Positions 21,946 to 31,577 of a DNA stretch of 64,000 bases are shown piece by piece; positions within the stretch are counted from its first letter, which is position 1; each line of letters opens with the position of its first letter. The position numbers were made by a program, and so were the translations under genes. Location: NCBI GenBank assembly GCA_963834385.1, contig CAWIBO010000002.1, positions 128,001 to 192,000 on the forward strand. The letters run 5' to 3'. A model generated the notes under the pieces. That model was not told the origin of the DNA. It ran no database searches and was given only the letters and a program-made list of their open reading frames with translations. This DNA is from an uncultured Verrucomicrobiae bacterium. Its GTDB lineage: Bacteria > Verrucomicrobiota > Verrucomicrobiia > Chthoniobacterales > UBA10450.

Positions 21946-22244
21946 CGGTAGGGCGACACTCTGTGGAGCCCTGGGGGTTCAGGATTCAGGGTTCAGAGGG
22001 AGCAGGATCAAGAGCATGAGCAGGAGTTGGGGAGGGTGAATGGTGGGCGGGGCTGGCTTCCCCGGTGGGGCGAGACTCCGTCGAGCCTGGGAGCACGCGC
22101 CGCCGTCAGCCCTAAATCCTGTGCCTCCTGTTAATCCTGTCTTCCTAAACAGAGGGCCAAGCTTCCGCTCGTCCGTGGACCTGCGGAAGCAGGTCTCCGG
22201 GGCGAGGTTTTCTCCCAGGCTCGACGGAGTCTCGCCCTACCGGG
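21946..22244. repeat. REP-like elements: 33-bp inverted pair (22061-22093 / 22212-22244) plus a degenerate third copy (21946-21976)
   Basis: CCCGGTGGGGCGAGACTCCGTCGAGCCTGGGAG and its reverse complement with 1 mismatch. Third copy CGGTAGGGCGACACTCTGTGGAGCC. Confidence 0.85.
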
Positions 22245-22304
22245 GGGGCGAATCGTGAAGTCGGCAGCCGGGCGGGGGTGGGACCCGCCCGGGCGGCTTT
22301 CAAA

Positions 22305-23054
22305 TTACGGCTTTTTCTCGGGAGCGGGGCTGGCCGCGGCCTTGGTCGAGACCTTGGCGGCGGGCTTGGCCGCTTCCTTCGCAACCGCTTTCACTTTCGC
22401 CTTGGTCGCGGGCGCGGAGGCGGTCTGAAGGAGGTTGGTCTTGCGTGGGCCGTTGCCCATGATCAACGCCACGGTCTTGCCACGTGACCAGGAGAAGTGC
22501 GGGGCGCGGGCGGGGACCATGAAGTAGCTCCCAGCGCCATATTTCGTGGTCGCCTTTTTGTCGAAGGTGTCGCCGGTGCCCATATGCAGCGCGCCGCTCA
22601 GGATAACGCCGCGCTCGGCGGTCGGATGAGTATGCGGCTCAAGGCGGAAATCGCCCTGGGTCTCGAGCATGATGGTGTACGGTCCGCGAGCCTCCGGGTT
22701 TCCTTCCAGCACGGCCATGCGCGCATTGGTCATGGGCGCGGGAGCAGCCTGCCATTTGACGGTCTTGGCGTTCCACATCTGGACTTTGGCCGCCTTGGCA
22801 GCAGATTTCTTTGCGGCTGGTTTGGCCGGGCTCGCGGCGGGACTGGCCGCGTCGGAGGCGGCCGCGGTCGCGGCGGTTTCGGCAGCAGGGCTGGCCGCTG
22901 TTTCAGCCGAAGAAGTGTCGTCGGCTTTTTCTTCGGCACCCTCGACTTTAGGCGAGTCGGAGGTGGTGGCCGAGGTGGGCGTCTCCGTTTCCTGGGCAAA
23001 GGAAAGGCCGGCCAGGGCAAGGCTGAGGCAAATGACAGACAGGAGTTTTTTCAT
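22305..23054 (-). CDS. Secreted cupin-domain protein with Ala/Lys/Pro low-complexity arms
   Basis: Signal peptide MKKLLSVICLSLALAGLSFA; cupin motifs 'PHTHPTAE..VILSGALHMG' and 'GSYFMVP..PHF'. Confidence 0.8.
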   Translation of the reverse strand: MKKLLSVICLSLALAGLSFAQETETPTSATTSDSPKVEGAEEKADDTSSAETAASPAAETAATAAASDAASPAASPAKPAAKKSAAKAAKVQMWNAKTVKWQAAPAPMTNARMAVLEGNPEARGPYTIMLETQGDFRLEPHTHPTAERGVILSGALHMGTGDTFDKKATTKYGAGSYFMVPARAPHFSWSRGKTVALIMGNGPRKTNLLQTASAPATKAKVKAVAKEAAKPAAKVSTKAAASPAPEKKP

Positions 23055-23375
23055 GTTTGGTTGGATCGATTTAATGAGTTGAAGCGGACCGACCCCCCGG
23101 AAACCCGGCCGACCGGCCGCTGGTGAAGCAAAAAAGTGACAGAGAGCGGAGGGATAAGGAAGAAGGAAAAACAGGCGGCGGCGGCGGCTTCGGACCCGCC
23201 GGATCTGGGGCTGGCGGGAGTTTTCGGAGGATTCTTCCAGGGAAGAGTGAGGGCTCGACAGGGGTGCATGGGCGGGGGCAGGATGGAGGGGAGCCGACGA
23301 CCGGCGGTGCACCGGCGGGCGCAACCCCTGAAACGACTGGAATTGTCACGTAACACACGTTATTTGTTTGGCCGC

Positions 23376-24878
23376 ATGCTTCTCCCCCGAAGACGCGTCG
23401 GCGGCCTTTGTCTCGTCCTGGCAGCGCTGACTCTTTTCACCCTCCCCATCGCTTCCGCCTACCGGCTGGAAAGTTACCGGTGGCCCTCCGGTGATGTCCT
23501 GATTCTGCTCCGCCTCGGAACCCAACCGGTTTCACTCCAGGATGGCAGCGCCAGCTGGAACGCCACCGCCCTGGTCGCGTTGCAGGATTGGAACAAGCAT
23601 CTGGGGCAGATCCAGCTGACCTGGACCAGTCTGCCCGCGGCGTCGGGCGGTGAAAACAACGGCAGCAACGACGTCTTTTTCTCGAACAAGATCTACGGGC
23701 AGAATTTCGGGTCGCGCACCCTGGCGGTCGCGGTGCGCTGGACGCAGTATGGCAACGGGGCGGAGTTGCGGGAAGCGGACGTGATCTTCAACACGGCCCA
23801 GCGCTTTGACTCCTACCGGGGGGAGCTGCAATGGGAGTCGGGTCCGGGTTACACCTTTGATTTGCGGCGGGTGGCGCTGCACGAGTTTGGGCATGTGATT
23901 GCCTTTGGCCATACCAGCAGCAGCAACGGGGTCGCCATCATGGAAGCGATCATCGGTGATCTTGATCACCTCGGGCCCGACGACATCGCGGCGGCGCATT
24001 TCCGCTACGGGCCAGCCCCGACGCCGACTCCAAGTCCGACACCGACTCCCATCCCCACGCCCACGCCAAACCCGACGCCCACGCCGAGCGCGACGCCGAC
24101 CCCGACGCCACCTCACAGCCTGGTGAATGTTTCCACCCGCGGTTCGGTGCAGACCGGGGACGCCGTCATGATTGGCGGGTTTATCGTGCAGGGCACACTG
24201 GCGAAAACGGTGGTCATCCGTGGTCTTGGCCCAAGCCTGGAAGGGGCGGTCGCGGTTGATATTTTAAGCGACCCGAGCCTGGAATTGTTTGATCAGGATG
24301 GGCTTCTGCTGGAGGAAAACGATGACTGGACGGAAGACGAGGCGGCTGTGCAGGCGACGGGACTTGCGCCCACTCATGCGAAGGAAGCGGCGATCCTGAC
24401 CACGCTTTCGCCGGGATCGTACACGGTGGTCCTGCGAGGGGTGGATGACCTGACCGGGATCGGCCTGATCGAGATTTACGACCGGGAACCGCAAAGCTCG
24501 CGCGTGGCCAACATCTCGACCCGCGGGCAGGTGGAAACGGCGGACCAGGTCATGATTGGCGGTTTCATCGTGGGCGGCGACGCCCCGACGAGTGTGATCG
24601 CACGTGCGCTGGGGCCTTCCCTTATCCCGCATGGGGTGGCCGGGACGCTGGCGGACCCGGCGCTGGAGCTGCGTGATGCGAACGGCGTGAAACTCCAGGA
24701 GAATGACGACTGGAAGACCGACCAGGAAGAGTTGATAACCGGGACCGGGCTGGCGCCGGCCGATGATCTCGAAGCGGCCCTGGTGGCGACGCTTCCACCG
24801 GGGAATTACACCGTGATCGTGGAAGGCGTGAACGACGGCCTCGGCGTCGGTCTGGTCGAGATTTACAACCTCGAGTAA
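23376..24878 (+). CDS. Matrixin-like (metzincin) metalloprotease with PT linker and two C-terminal 'NxSTRG' domains
   Basis: 'VALHEFGHVIAFGH', Met-turn 'AIMEA', (PT)n linker, two repeats of about 125 aa 'NVSTRG/NISTRG...MIGGFIV...ENDDW...GIGLIEIY'. Confidence 0.85.
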   Translation: MLLPRRRVGGLCLVLAALTLFTLPIASAYRLESYRWPSGDVLILLRLGTQPVSLQDGSASWNATALVALQDWNKHLGQIQLTWTSLPAASGGENNGSNDVFFSNKIYGQNFGSRTLAVAVRWTQYGNGAELREADVIFNTAQRFDSYRGELQWESGPGYTFDLRRVALHEFGHVIAFGHTSSSNGVAIMEAIIGDLDHLGPDDIAAAHFRYGPAPTPTPSPTPTPIPTPTPNPTPTPSATPTPTPPHSLVNVSTRGSVQTGDAVMIGGFIVQGTLAKTVVIRGLGPSLEGAVAVDILSDPSLELFDQDGLLLEENDDWTEDEAAVQATGLAPTHAKEAAILTTLSPGSYTVVLRGVDDLTGIGLIEIYDREPQSSRVANISTRGQVETADQVMIGGFIVGGDAPTSVIARALGPSLIPHGVAGTLADPALELRDANGVKLQENDDWKTDQEELITGTGLAPADDLEAALVATLPPGNYTVIVEGVNDGLGVGLVEIYNLE

Positions 24879-24881
24879 CGC

Positions 24882-25116
24882 CTAGTCCCGCCCGCTGAAG
24901 TTGTCGCGGCTTTTGCGCACGTCACCGGCCACGCTGCGGGCCCGGTCGAGCGATCGTTTCGGCCAGTGGGCCGGGGCGGGGCTGGCGGCGGGCGTGGGGG
25001 CGGCCGTGGTGGCGACGGCCGGGGCCGGGGCCGGGCGGCGCGGGTTCCGTCGTATTGTTTTTTTGCCAGAAATAGATGCCGGTGGCGAGAACGGCGACCA
25101 GCAGGAAGGTTTTCAT
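24882..25116 (-). CDS. Small membrane-anchored/secreted hypothetical protein, probable +1 frameshift near 25034
   Basis: [19 protein letters not shown]. Removing one base gives ...[48 protein letters not shown] ending at 24882. Confidence 0.55.
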
Positions 25117-25217
25117 GCCTCAGCAGGCAGCATCGTTCGGGCCACGGCTGCCGGCGCCGGGGGCGAATGACAAATCGCGAGACCGGCGATATCGTGAGCA
25201 AAAGGGAGAAACGAACC

Positions 25218-26195
25218 ATGAGCACCGCAGTCGCAGCCAAAGCAAACCAGCTCGAGCAGCTGAAAGAGTTCACCAAGGTCGTCGCCGATACCGGTGACTT
25301 TGAGACGATTCGCGAGTTCCAGCCGCAGGACGCCACGACCAACCCGAGCCTGATTTTTGCCGCCACCCAGAAGGAGGAATATGCGCACCTCCTGGAGAAG
25401 GTGGTGAAAGACCGCCGCAATTCGGGCCTCGCCGGGGCAAAACAGCTCGACGACCTGATCGATCATCTCCTGGTCGAATTCGGCTGCGAAATCCTTCAAA
25501 TCGTGCCGGGGCGTGTCTCGACGGAGACCGATGCGCGGCTTTCCTTTGATCCCGGTGGCAGCGCGGAGAAGGCGCGCCATCTGATCAAGCTCTACGAGGC
25601 GCGCGGGATCAGCCGCGAGCGTGTCCTGATCAAGATTGCCTCCACCTGGGAGGGGATCGCGGCGGCGGAAGTGGTGCAGCGCGACGGCATCCGCTGCAAC
25701 ATGACGCTCCTTTTTTCGTTGGGGCAGGCGGCGCGCTGCGCGGAGGCCAGGGTCCAGCTCATCTCGCCTTTCGTCGGCCGCATCTACGATTGGTTTAAGA
25801 CGGCGAACAAACGCGATTACACCGGGGCCGAGGATCCCGGGGTGCAATCGGTGCAGGAAATCTACACCTACTACAAGAAGTTCGGCTACGAGACGGAAGT
25901 GATGGGGGCCAGTTTCCGCAACGTGGGCGAGATCCTGGAGCTGGCCGGTTGCGACCTGCTCACGATCAGTCCCGAGTTGATGGGAAAACTGGCGGAGGCG
26001 ACCGGGACGGTGGAGCGAAAACTGAGCCCGGAAGAGGCGAAGAAGGCCCAGATCGAGCGGGTGCCGACGGACGAAAAAACCTTTCGCTGGCTCATGAACG
26101 AGGACGCCATGGCCACGGAAAAAACGGCGGAGGGCATCCGGAAATTCGCGGCCGATATCGTGAAGCTGGAAAAATTCATCGCAGGCAAGCTCTAG
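25218..26195 (+). CDS. tal: Transaldolase
   Basis: 'VVADTGD', 'DATTNPSL', 'GRVSTE', catalytic lysine region '[10 protein letters not shown]', 'ISPFVGRI', 'VMGASFR'. Confidence 0.97.
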   Translation: MSTAVAAKANQLEQLKEFTKVVADTGDFETIREFQPQDATTNPSLIFAATQKEEYAHLLEKVVKDRRNSGLAGAKQLDDLIDHLLVEFGCEILQIVPGRVSTETDARLSFDPGGSAEKARHLIKLYEARGISRERVLIKIASTWEGIAAAEVVQRDGIRCNMTLLFSLGQAARCAEARVQLISPFVGRIYDWFKTANKRDYTGAEDPGVQSVQEIYTYYKKFGYETEVMGASFRNVGEILELAGCDLLTISPELMGKLAEATGTVERKLSPEEAKKAQIERVPTDEKTFRWLMNEDAMATEKTAEGIRKFAADIVKLEKFIAGKL

Positions 26196-26220
26196 CCGGC
26201 GGGCGGCGGGAACCGAAGGC

Positions 26221-26718
26221 GTGTTTAACGTCGTCCTGGTCGAGCCGGAGATCCCGCCGAACACCGGCAACATCGGGCGGCTTTGCCTCGCCACCGGCTC
26301 CACCCTTCATTTGGTCGGCCCCCTCGGTTTTGCCCTCGATGACCGGACCCTGAAGCGGGCCGGGCTGGATTATTGGAAGGAGGTGAAGGTTAGCCTGTGG
26401 GATTCGCTGGGAGAACTGGAAGCGGCCCAACCGGCCGGGAGCCGTTTCTTTTTTCTCACGACCAAAACGCAGGCGCCTTATCACACGGTCCGTTTTCGTC
26501 CCGGCGATTTCCTGGTCTTTGGCCGGGAAACGAAAGGCCTCCCGGAGGCGCTTCTGCGGGCGCGTGCGGCCGAGACCATCACGATACCGATGCGGGGCAC
26601 GCGCAGTTTAAACCTGGCCACGGCGGTGGCGATCGTGCTTTTTGAAGCGGTGCGTCAGCAGACCGGCGGCGGCCAGGGCGGCACCGGAGGACCATCTGCA
26701 TCCTCGCCAGTCCGGTAA
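26221..26718 (+). CDS. trmL: tRNA (cytidine/uridine-34-2'-O)-methyltransferase
   Basis: 'EPEIPPNTGNIGR', 'LKRAGLDYW', 'FGRETKGLP', 'RSLNLA'. Confidence 0.95.
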   Translation: MFNVVLVEPEIPPNTGNIGRLCLATGSTLHLVGPLGFALDDRTLKRAGLDYWKEVKVSLWDSLGELEAAQPAGSRFFFLTTKTQAPYHTVRFRPGDFLVFGRETKGLPEALLRARAAETITIPMRGTRSLNLATAVAIVLFEAVRQQTGGGQGGTGGPSASSPVR

Positions 26719-26772
26719 ACGTTTGAATAATAGGGTCCCGGGCGGGTCTAACCCTAAAGAAGGAAATCCATT

Positions 26773-27540
26773 ATGAACAAAATCATCACCATTCTGCTCT
26801 GCCTGACCATGGGCATGAGCATGGCCGCGCACGCCGAATCAAAGCAGGAAAAGAAGGCGCGCAAAGCTGAACAACGCGCGGCCAAAGCGGCCGCGAAATC
26901 GAACATCACCACTTCCGGGCCGCGGGTTCGCGCCAACGTACCCCGGCAGCGGATCAAGACGGAAGCCAGTCTCAACAACAACGCCCGGCTTCGCGGCGGA
27001 CAGTTCCGCAACCAGAAAGCGAAGAATCGCACCGTCGTGGTCCAGGAGAACAACGGCGGGGACAATCGCAAGTTCAGCGGCAGAAACAGAAACTTCTCGG
27101 GGAACAAGAAGCGCAACGTCGTGGTGGAACGAAAAGGGCCCAGCAACCATTACTGGAAATACAGCGAGGCGCGCCGGCATCACCGCCGCGACCGTCATGA
27201 CCGCCGCTGGTGGCGTCGGAATTACAGCCGGTTCTCGATCTTTGCCGGCGGTTATTATTACTGGGACCGCGGTTACTGGTATCCGGCCTACGGCTACGAT
27301 CCTTACTACAACAATTACCGCTACAACGAGCCGATCTATGGCGGCAACTACGTCGAGCCCGGCCAGATCATCGTGAATGTGCAGGTGGCCCTGAAACGGC
27401 AGGGTTACTATTATGGTTCCGTCGACGGCCTTATTGGTCCCATGACCCGGTCCGCCCTGGCCCGGTTCCAGCGCGACTATGGCCTCGACATCACCCGCGC
27501 GATCGATGGGCCGACCCTGAGCGCGCTGGGCGTCGTTTAA
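26773..27540 (+). CDS. Secreted basic, aromatic-rich protein with C-terminal peptidoglycan-binding domain
   Basis: Signal peptide; Y/W-rich segment; 'VQVALKRQGYYYGSVDGLIGPMTRSALARFQRDYGL...G' (PG_binding_1 pattern). Confidence 0.85.
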   Translation: MNKIITILLCLTMGMSMAAHAESKQEKKARKAEQRAAKAAAKSNITTSGPRVRANVPRQRIKTEASLNNNARLRGGQFRNQKAKNRTVVVQENNGGDNRKFSGRNRNFSGNKKRNVVVERKGPSNHYWKYSEARRHHRRDRHDRRWWRRNYSRFSIFAGGYYYWDRGYWYPAYGYDPYYNNYRYNEPIYGGNYVEPGQIIVNVQVALKRQGYYYGSVDGLIGPMTRSALARFQRDYGLDITRAIDGPTLSALGVV

Positions 27541-27561
27541 AACCGGCGCGAGCGAAGTTGC

Positions 27562-27601
27562 GAGACCGCGTGACGGGCAACCGTCACGCGGTTTCTGTTT
27601 T
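27562..27601 (+). terminator. Intrinsic terminator
   Basis: GAGACCGCGTGACGG-GCAA-CCGTCACGCGGTTTC stem with GNRA loop, followed by TGTTTT. Confidence 0.8.
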
Positions 27602-27611
27602 CAGGCGACGA

Positions 27612-29192
27612 CTAGAAACGGACGTCGGCCCGGACCGCCAGGGCGTAGAAGCTCACCAGGTGCAGGGCGAGCTGGAGAACGGCCACGGTCCAAAAGAGAC
27701 GCCGGGAGACCAGGAGGTGGCGGACCCCGAGAAAAAGCAGCGCGGCGACCACCCCTTGAAAACCATGCACGATGACGATCATCTCATAACCGAACGCGGC
27801 CAGGATGATGGCGCCCGGCGCGACCGCGGCGCAAAGCCAGAGGAGACGGGGCCGCAGCCGGGCGGCGGCCAGGAAAGCCGGTAGAATGAGAAACAGACCA
27901 ACCGCCCCGGGCAGGGTGTAAAGGATGCCGCCGCAAAACCGGCCCAGATCAAAGGGAATGCCGCTGAGGAACCGGGGATCCAACAGATGATAAAGGTTGT
28001 GCACCCGCGCCCAGAAAAACTCGAAAAGCGCCGAGGGCTCCAGCGAGAGCGGTTCGTAGTTGTTCAGGTTCTGCCGCAGCATGGATGTGGGAAGAGGAAG
28101 GATCAGGCGGGTCCAGACATACCAAGGTGCGAGGAGAAGAGCGGTGCTGCCGGCGAAAAGCGCCGGGTCCCGCCAGGCCGCCTTTCTCCAGAGGGCCTGG
28201 AGAAGATACCAGAGGCCGGCTCCGAGAATGAAGGCGAGCGCAAACGGATGAGCCCAAAAGGCGAGGGCGAGGAGAAGGCCGGTGAGAACGGGTTGACGCC
28301 GGGACCGCAGGCAATCCCAGGCCAGCACCACAAAGAAGGCCGCCAATGATTTCGGCCAGGTGAAAATGGTCTGGCTGACGAGGTAAGGCGAAAAGGCAAA
28401 AAGAAGAGCGGCCACCGGAAGCGCCGGGCCCCGGGCCAGACGGCGGAAAAGGACGCCGAGCCCGAGGAGCAGGAGAGAATTCAGGAAAATGGCGATGACG
28501 AGAAACCGCTCAAAGCGTTTCGCCGAATAAAGAGCCATGGCGTCGGGCCGCGATTCGCCGAGGTAGAAAAAGTGGGGGAATGGCCCCTGCCAGACGGGGT
28601 TGGAAAAGGCGGAACGGAAGGCGACATCAACGAGAGACATCAGGACGGTGCGATTGGTCACTTCCTGGGCGGGCAGGATGGGATGAACCTCCGCGAAAGG
28701 AATGTCGCGCAGGAGATATTCGCTCACGGCGTAAGGAATGAGATTGTCGGCCGGGAGATGACAGAGAACCTGGATCTTTACGTTGGTGGTGTGTTGTTTG
28801 AAGGGATAAAGGCCGTCGGGAAGGGAGCGCGGCCAGGTCAGGCCCACGTGCGTCAGGCCGATGCAACCGAGATTAAAGGCGACCCAGATGAGGAGGAACC
28901 ACCGGGCCGGGACGGAGAGGTCGCGGCGCAGCTCGCGCAGGGCGCCGCTGCGCAGGAGATAAACCAGGGCGCCGAGGAGGAGGAGCGCGCCACCGGCGAG
29001 CAAGAGCGGGCGGAGCGAAGGCGCCAGCGCCAGGAAAAATCCGAGGAAGCCGTGGAGGAGCACGCCGCCGGCGGCGCCGTAGCCGATGAGGGCGAGCCCG
29101 CGCCAGCGGCAGAACCGGTGCACCACGGCCATGCCGAGGCCCGTGATGGAAATCATGATCCAAAGCAGAAGGAAGAGTTCGTTCAGCTTCAT
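27612..29192 (-). CDS. Polytopic membrane protein, possible GT-C glycosyltransferase
   Basis: Many TM helices, a large loop with 'PADN', and 'FTWPKSLAAFF', 'LALAFWAHP'. The GT-C assignment is tentative. Confidence 0.6.
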   Translation of the reverse strand: MKLNELFLLLWIMISITGLGMAVVHRFCRWRGLALIGYGAAGGVLLHGFLGFFLALAPSLRPLLLAGGALLLLGALVYLLRSGALRELRRDLSVPARWFLLIWVAFNLGCIGLTHVGLTWPRSLPDGLYPFKQHTTNVKIQVLCHLPADNLIPYAVSEYLLRDIPFAEVHPILPAQEVTNRTVLMSLVDVAFRSAFSNPVWQGPFPHFFYLGESRPDAMALYSAKRFERFLVIAIFLNSLLLLGLGVLFRRLARGPALPVAALLFAFSPYLVSQTIFTWPKSLAAFFVVLAWDCLRSRRQPVLTGLLLALAFWAHPFALAFILGAGLWYLLQALWRKAAWRDPALFAGSTALLLAPWYVWTRLILPLPTSMLRQNLNNYEPLSLEPSALFEFFWARVHNLYHLLDPRFLSGIPFDLGRFCGGILYTLPGAVGLFLILPAFLAAARLRPRLLWLCAAVAPGAIILAAFGYEMIVIVHGFQGVVAALLFLGVRHLLVSRRLFWTVAVLQLALHLVSFYALAVRADVRF

Positions 29193-29283
29193 GGCGCGAG
29201 CGCACTCTAACGGGATTCACCCGGGAATAAATCTTTCTCGGCCGCTTGTCCGGGATGCCGCCCTGCTGCGATAGTGGGCGTCC

Positions 29284-29958
29284 ATGGAACTGTCTGCGCC
29301 CCAATTGACCGCGCGTGAGCTGCAACGCTCGTTTCGGATCGGGCCGCGCCGAATTGAGGTGCTGCGCGGCATTTCGCTCGAGATCCAGCGGGGCGAAACC
29401 GTTTTCCTGGTGGGCGCCTCCGGGGCGGGCAAAACCACGCTTCTCTATACCCTGGCCGGTCTGGAACGACCGGAAGCAGGCACGGTCCGGTTCGAGGATC
29501 ACACGCTCTACACCGGGAGTGAGGCGGCGCAGGCGCGGGTCCGGAACGAGCGGATGGGCTTTGTCTTCCAGGGCTACTTCCTTTTGCCCGAGCTGACCGC
29601 GCTCGAGAACGTGCTCCTTCCTGGCATGATCGGACGCCGCACCCGCCGCGAGGTCGCGGAGGAAAGCCTGCGCAGCGTCGGGCTGGGGGACCGGATGCAG
29701 CATCTTCCGGCGGAACTTTCGGGGGGTGAACAGCAGCGGGTGGCCATCGCCCGGGCCCTGACCAACGACCCGGCGATCATCTTTGCCGACGAGCCGACAG
29801 GGAACCTTGATTCGAAAACGGGGGAATCGATCATTGATCTGCTCCTTGGGCTGGCCCGCGAGCGCGGCAAAACGCTCCTGGTGGTGACGCACGACAGCGA
29901 ACTGGCGGCGCGGGGCGATCGCCGCCTGCATATCGTGGATGGCCGCCTCGCCGCCTGA
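29284..29958 (+). CDS. ABC transporter ATP-binding protein, LolD/MacB-like
   Basis: Walker A 'GASGAGKT', 'GFVFQ...LPELTALENV', 'LSGGEQQRVAIARAL', 'ADEPTGNLD'. Confidence 0.92.
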   Translation: MELSAPQLTARELQRSFRIGPRRIEVLRGISLEIQRGETVFLVGASGAGKTTLLYTLAGLERPEAGTVRFEDHTLYTGSEAAQARVRNERMGFVFQGYFLLPELTALENVLLPGMIGRRTRREVAEESLRSVGLGDRMQHLPAELSGGEQQRVAIARALTNDPAIIFADEPTGNLDSKTGESIIDLLLGLARERGKTLLVVTHDSELAARGDRRLHIVDGRLAA

Positions 29959-30009
29959 GCGCCTCCGAATTGTCGCTTGAATTGCGCCCCTCAGGGCCGA
30001 ACTTTTCAC

Positions 30010-30993
30010 GTGCTAACGAAATCTGCCACAGCGAGCGGGGCCGTCATTGATGAGCCGAACCAGGCGAAGACGGCCGTGAAACCGGTCGAGCAAGAGAAAA
30101 AAAGCGCGCCCGCGAAGGAGCTGCAAATCTGGCTGGACGGGAAATTTTTTGCGGAGAAGGACGCGAAGATCTCGGTCTTCGACCATGGTCTCCTTTACGG
30201 GGACGGCATCTTCGAGGGGATCAGGTTTTACAATGGCCGGGTCTTCCGGTTGGAGGAACACCTGGACCGGCTCTGGGACTCGGCCCGCTCGATCTGTCTC
30301 GAAATCCCGATGTCGGCGAGCGAGATGACTGAGGCGCTGCTGGAGACCATCCGGAAGAACGATCTGCGGGACGGATACATTCGCCTGATCGTGACGCGCG
30401 GGGTGGGCAACCTGGGTCTCAACCCGGCGCAGTGCAAAAAGCCGAGCGTGATCATCATCGCCGCGACGATCGCGCTTTACCCGGAGTCGGTTTACCGAAG
30501 CGGGCTCACGGTGGTGACCTGCGCGACCCGCCGGATGGGACCGGCCGCGTTGAACCCGGCGATCAAGTCGCTGAATTATTTGAACAACGTGCTCGCGCGG
30601 ATCGAGGCCAACCTCGCGGGGGCGGATGAAGCCCTGATGTTGAACGATGCCGGGAACGTGGCCGAATGCACGGCGGACAACATCTTCGTGATCAAGCGCG
30701 GGCAGATTTTCACGCCGCCGATCAGCGCAGGAGCGCTTCGCGGCATCACCCGCTCGGTCGTTTTCGAGATCGCGAGTGAGCTCGGGGTGAAGATTTCCGA
30801 GGCGGACATCTCGCGGCATGACGTCTTTATCGCGGATGAATGTTTCCTGACCGGCACGGCGGCGGAGTTGATCCCGGTGATCAAGGCCGACGGGCGCCTG
30901 ATCGGCCCGGGGACGCCAGGGACGATCACGGCCCGGATGATTGCGCGTTTCCGCGAAATAACGAGGGAAACCGGGACGCCGATCTATACGTAA
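30010..30993 (+). CDS. ilvE: Branched-chain amino acid aminotransferase
   Basis: 'SVFDHGLLYGDGIFEGIR', 'KSLNYLNN', 'LRGITR', 'ADECFLTGTAAE'. Start uncertain. Confidence 0.93.
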   Translation: MLTKSATASGAVIDEPNQAKTAVKPVEQEKKSAPAKELQIWLDGKFFAEKDAKISVFDHGLLYGDGIFEGIRFYNGRVFRLEEHLDRLWDSARSICLEIPMSASEMTEALLETIRKNDLRDGYIRLIVTRGVGNLGLNPAQCKKPSVIIIAATIALYPESVYRSGLTVVTCATRRMGPAALNPAIKSLNYLNNVLARIEANLAGADEALMLNDAGNVAECTADNIFVIKRGQIFTPPISAGALRGITRSVVFEIASELGVKISEADISRHDVFIADECFLTGTAAELIPVIKADGRLIGPGTPGTITARMIARFREITRETGTPIYT

Positions 30994-31079
30994 AGTGAGC
31001 AACGGACCGATCGGCTCGGAAGGTGCTCAATGGCTTCCCGGGTGAATTTTTTCTCCGGTAGCGTGTCCAAGAACAAGAG

Positions 31080-31577
31080 ATGTTGTGTGACGTTTGCAAA
31101 TGTAATGATGCCACGGTTTTCCTGACCCAGATCCTCGAGGGCAAGATGCAGAAGGTAAATCTCTGCGACAGTTGCTCGAAGGAGAAGGGGGTGCAGGACC
31201 CGACGGGCTTTGCCCTGGCCGATCTCCTGCTCGGGATCGGCGCGGCCGAGGAGATCGAGAAGGGGACCGCGACGGAAAAATGCGCCGTCTGTGGATTCAC
31301 CCAGGCCGATTTCAAGAAGACCGGCCGGCTCGGCTGCAGTTCCTGTTACCAGACGTTTGCCGAGGGTCTGAACGGGCTGCTCAAGGCCATGCACAAGGGA
31401 ACCGAACACATCGGCAAACTGCCGCAGCGGGCCCATCGTGAGATCGAGTTTTCGGACCGGGTCCGCGCGCTGAACGATAAACTCCGCAAGGCCGTGGCGG
31501 AAGAGAACTACGAGACGGCGGCGTCGCTGCGCGACGAGATTCGCCAGCTCGAGACAGAAAGGGCGGGAGTGAGATGA
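31080..31577 (+). CDS. mcsA: McsA, activator of protein arginine kinase
   Basis: Four CxxC motifs, 'GRLGC..CY..F', 'HIGKLP', UVR motif 'ENYETAASLRDEI'. Confidence 0.92.
   Translation: MLCDVCKCNDATVFLTQILEGKMQKVNLCDSCSKEKGVQDPTGFALADLLLGIGAAEEIEKGTATEKCAVCGFTQADFKKTGRLGCSSCYQTFAEGLNGLLKAMHKGTEHIGKLPQRAHREIEFSDRVRALNDKLRKAVAEENYETAASLRDEIRQLETERAGVR

Noticed and set aside
21946..22244. Possible CRISPR array
   Set aside because: The repeats are inverted or degenerate, not regularly spaced direct repeats, and there are no cas genes.
24015..24112. Repetitive CCGACG/CCCACG DNA
   Set aside because: It simply encodes the Pro-Thr linker of the protease.
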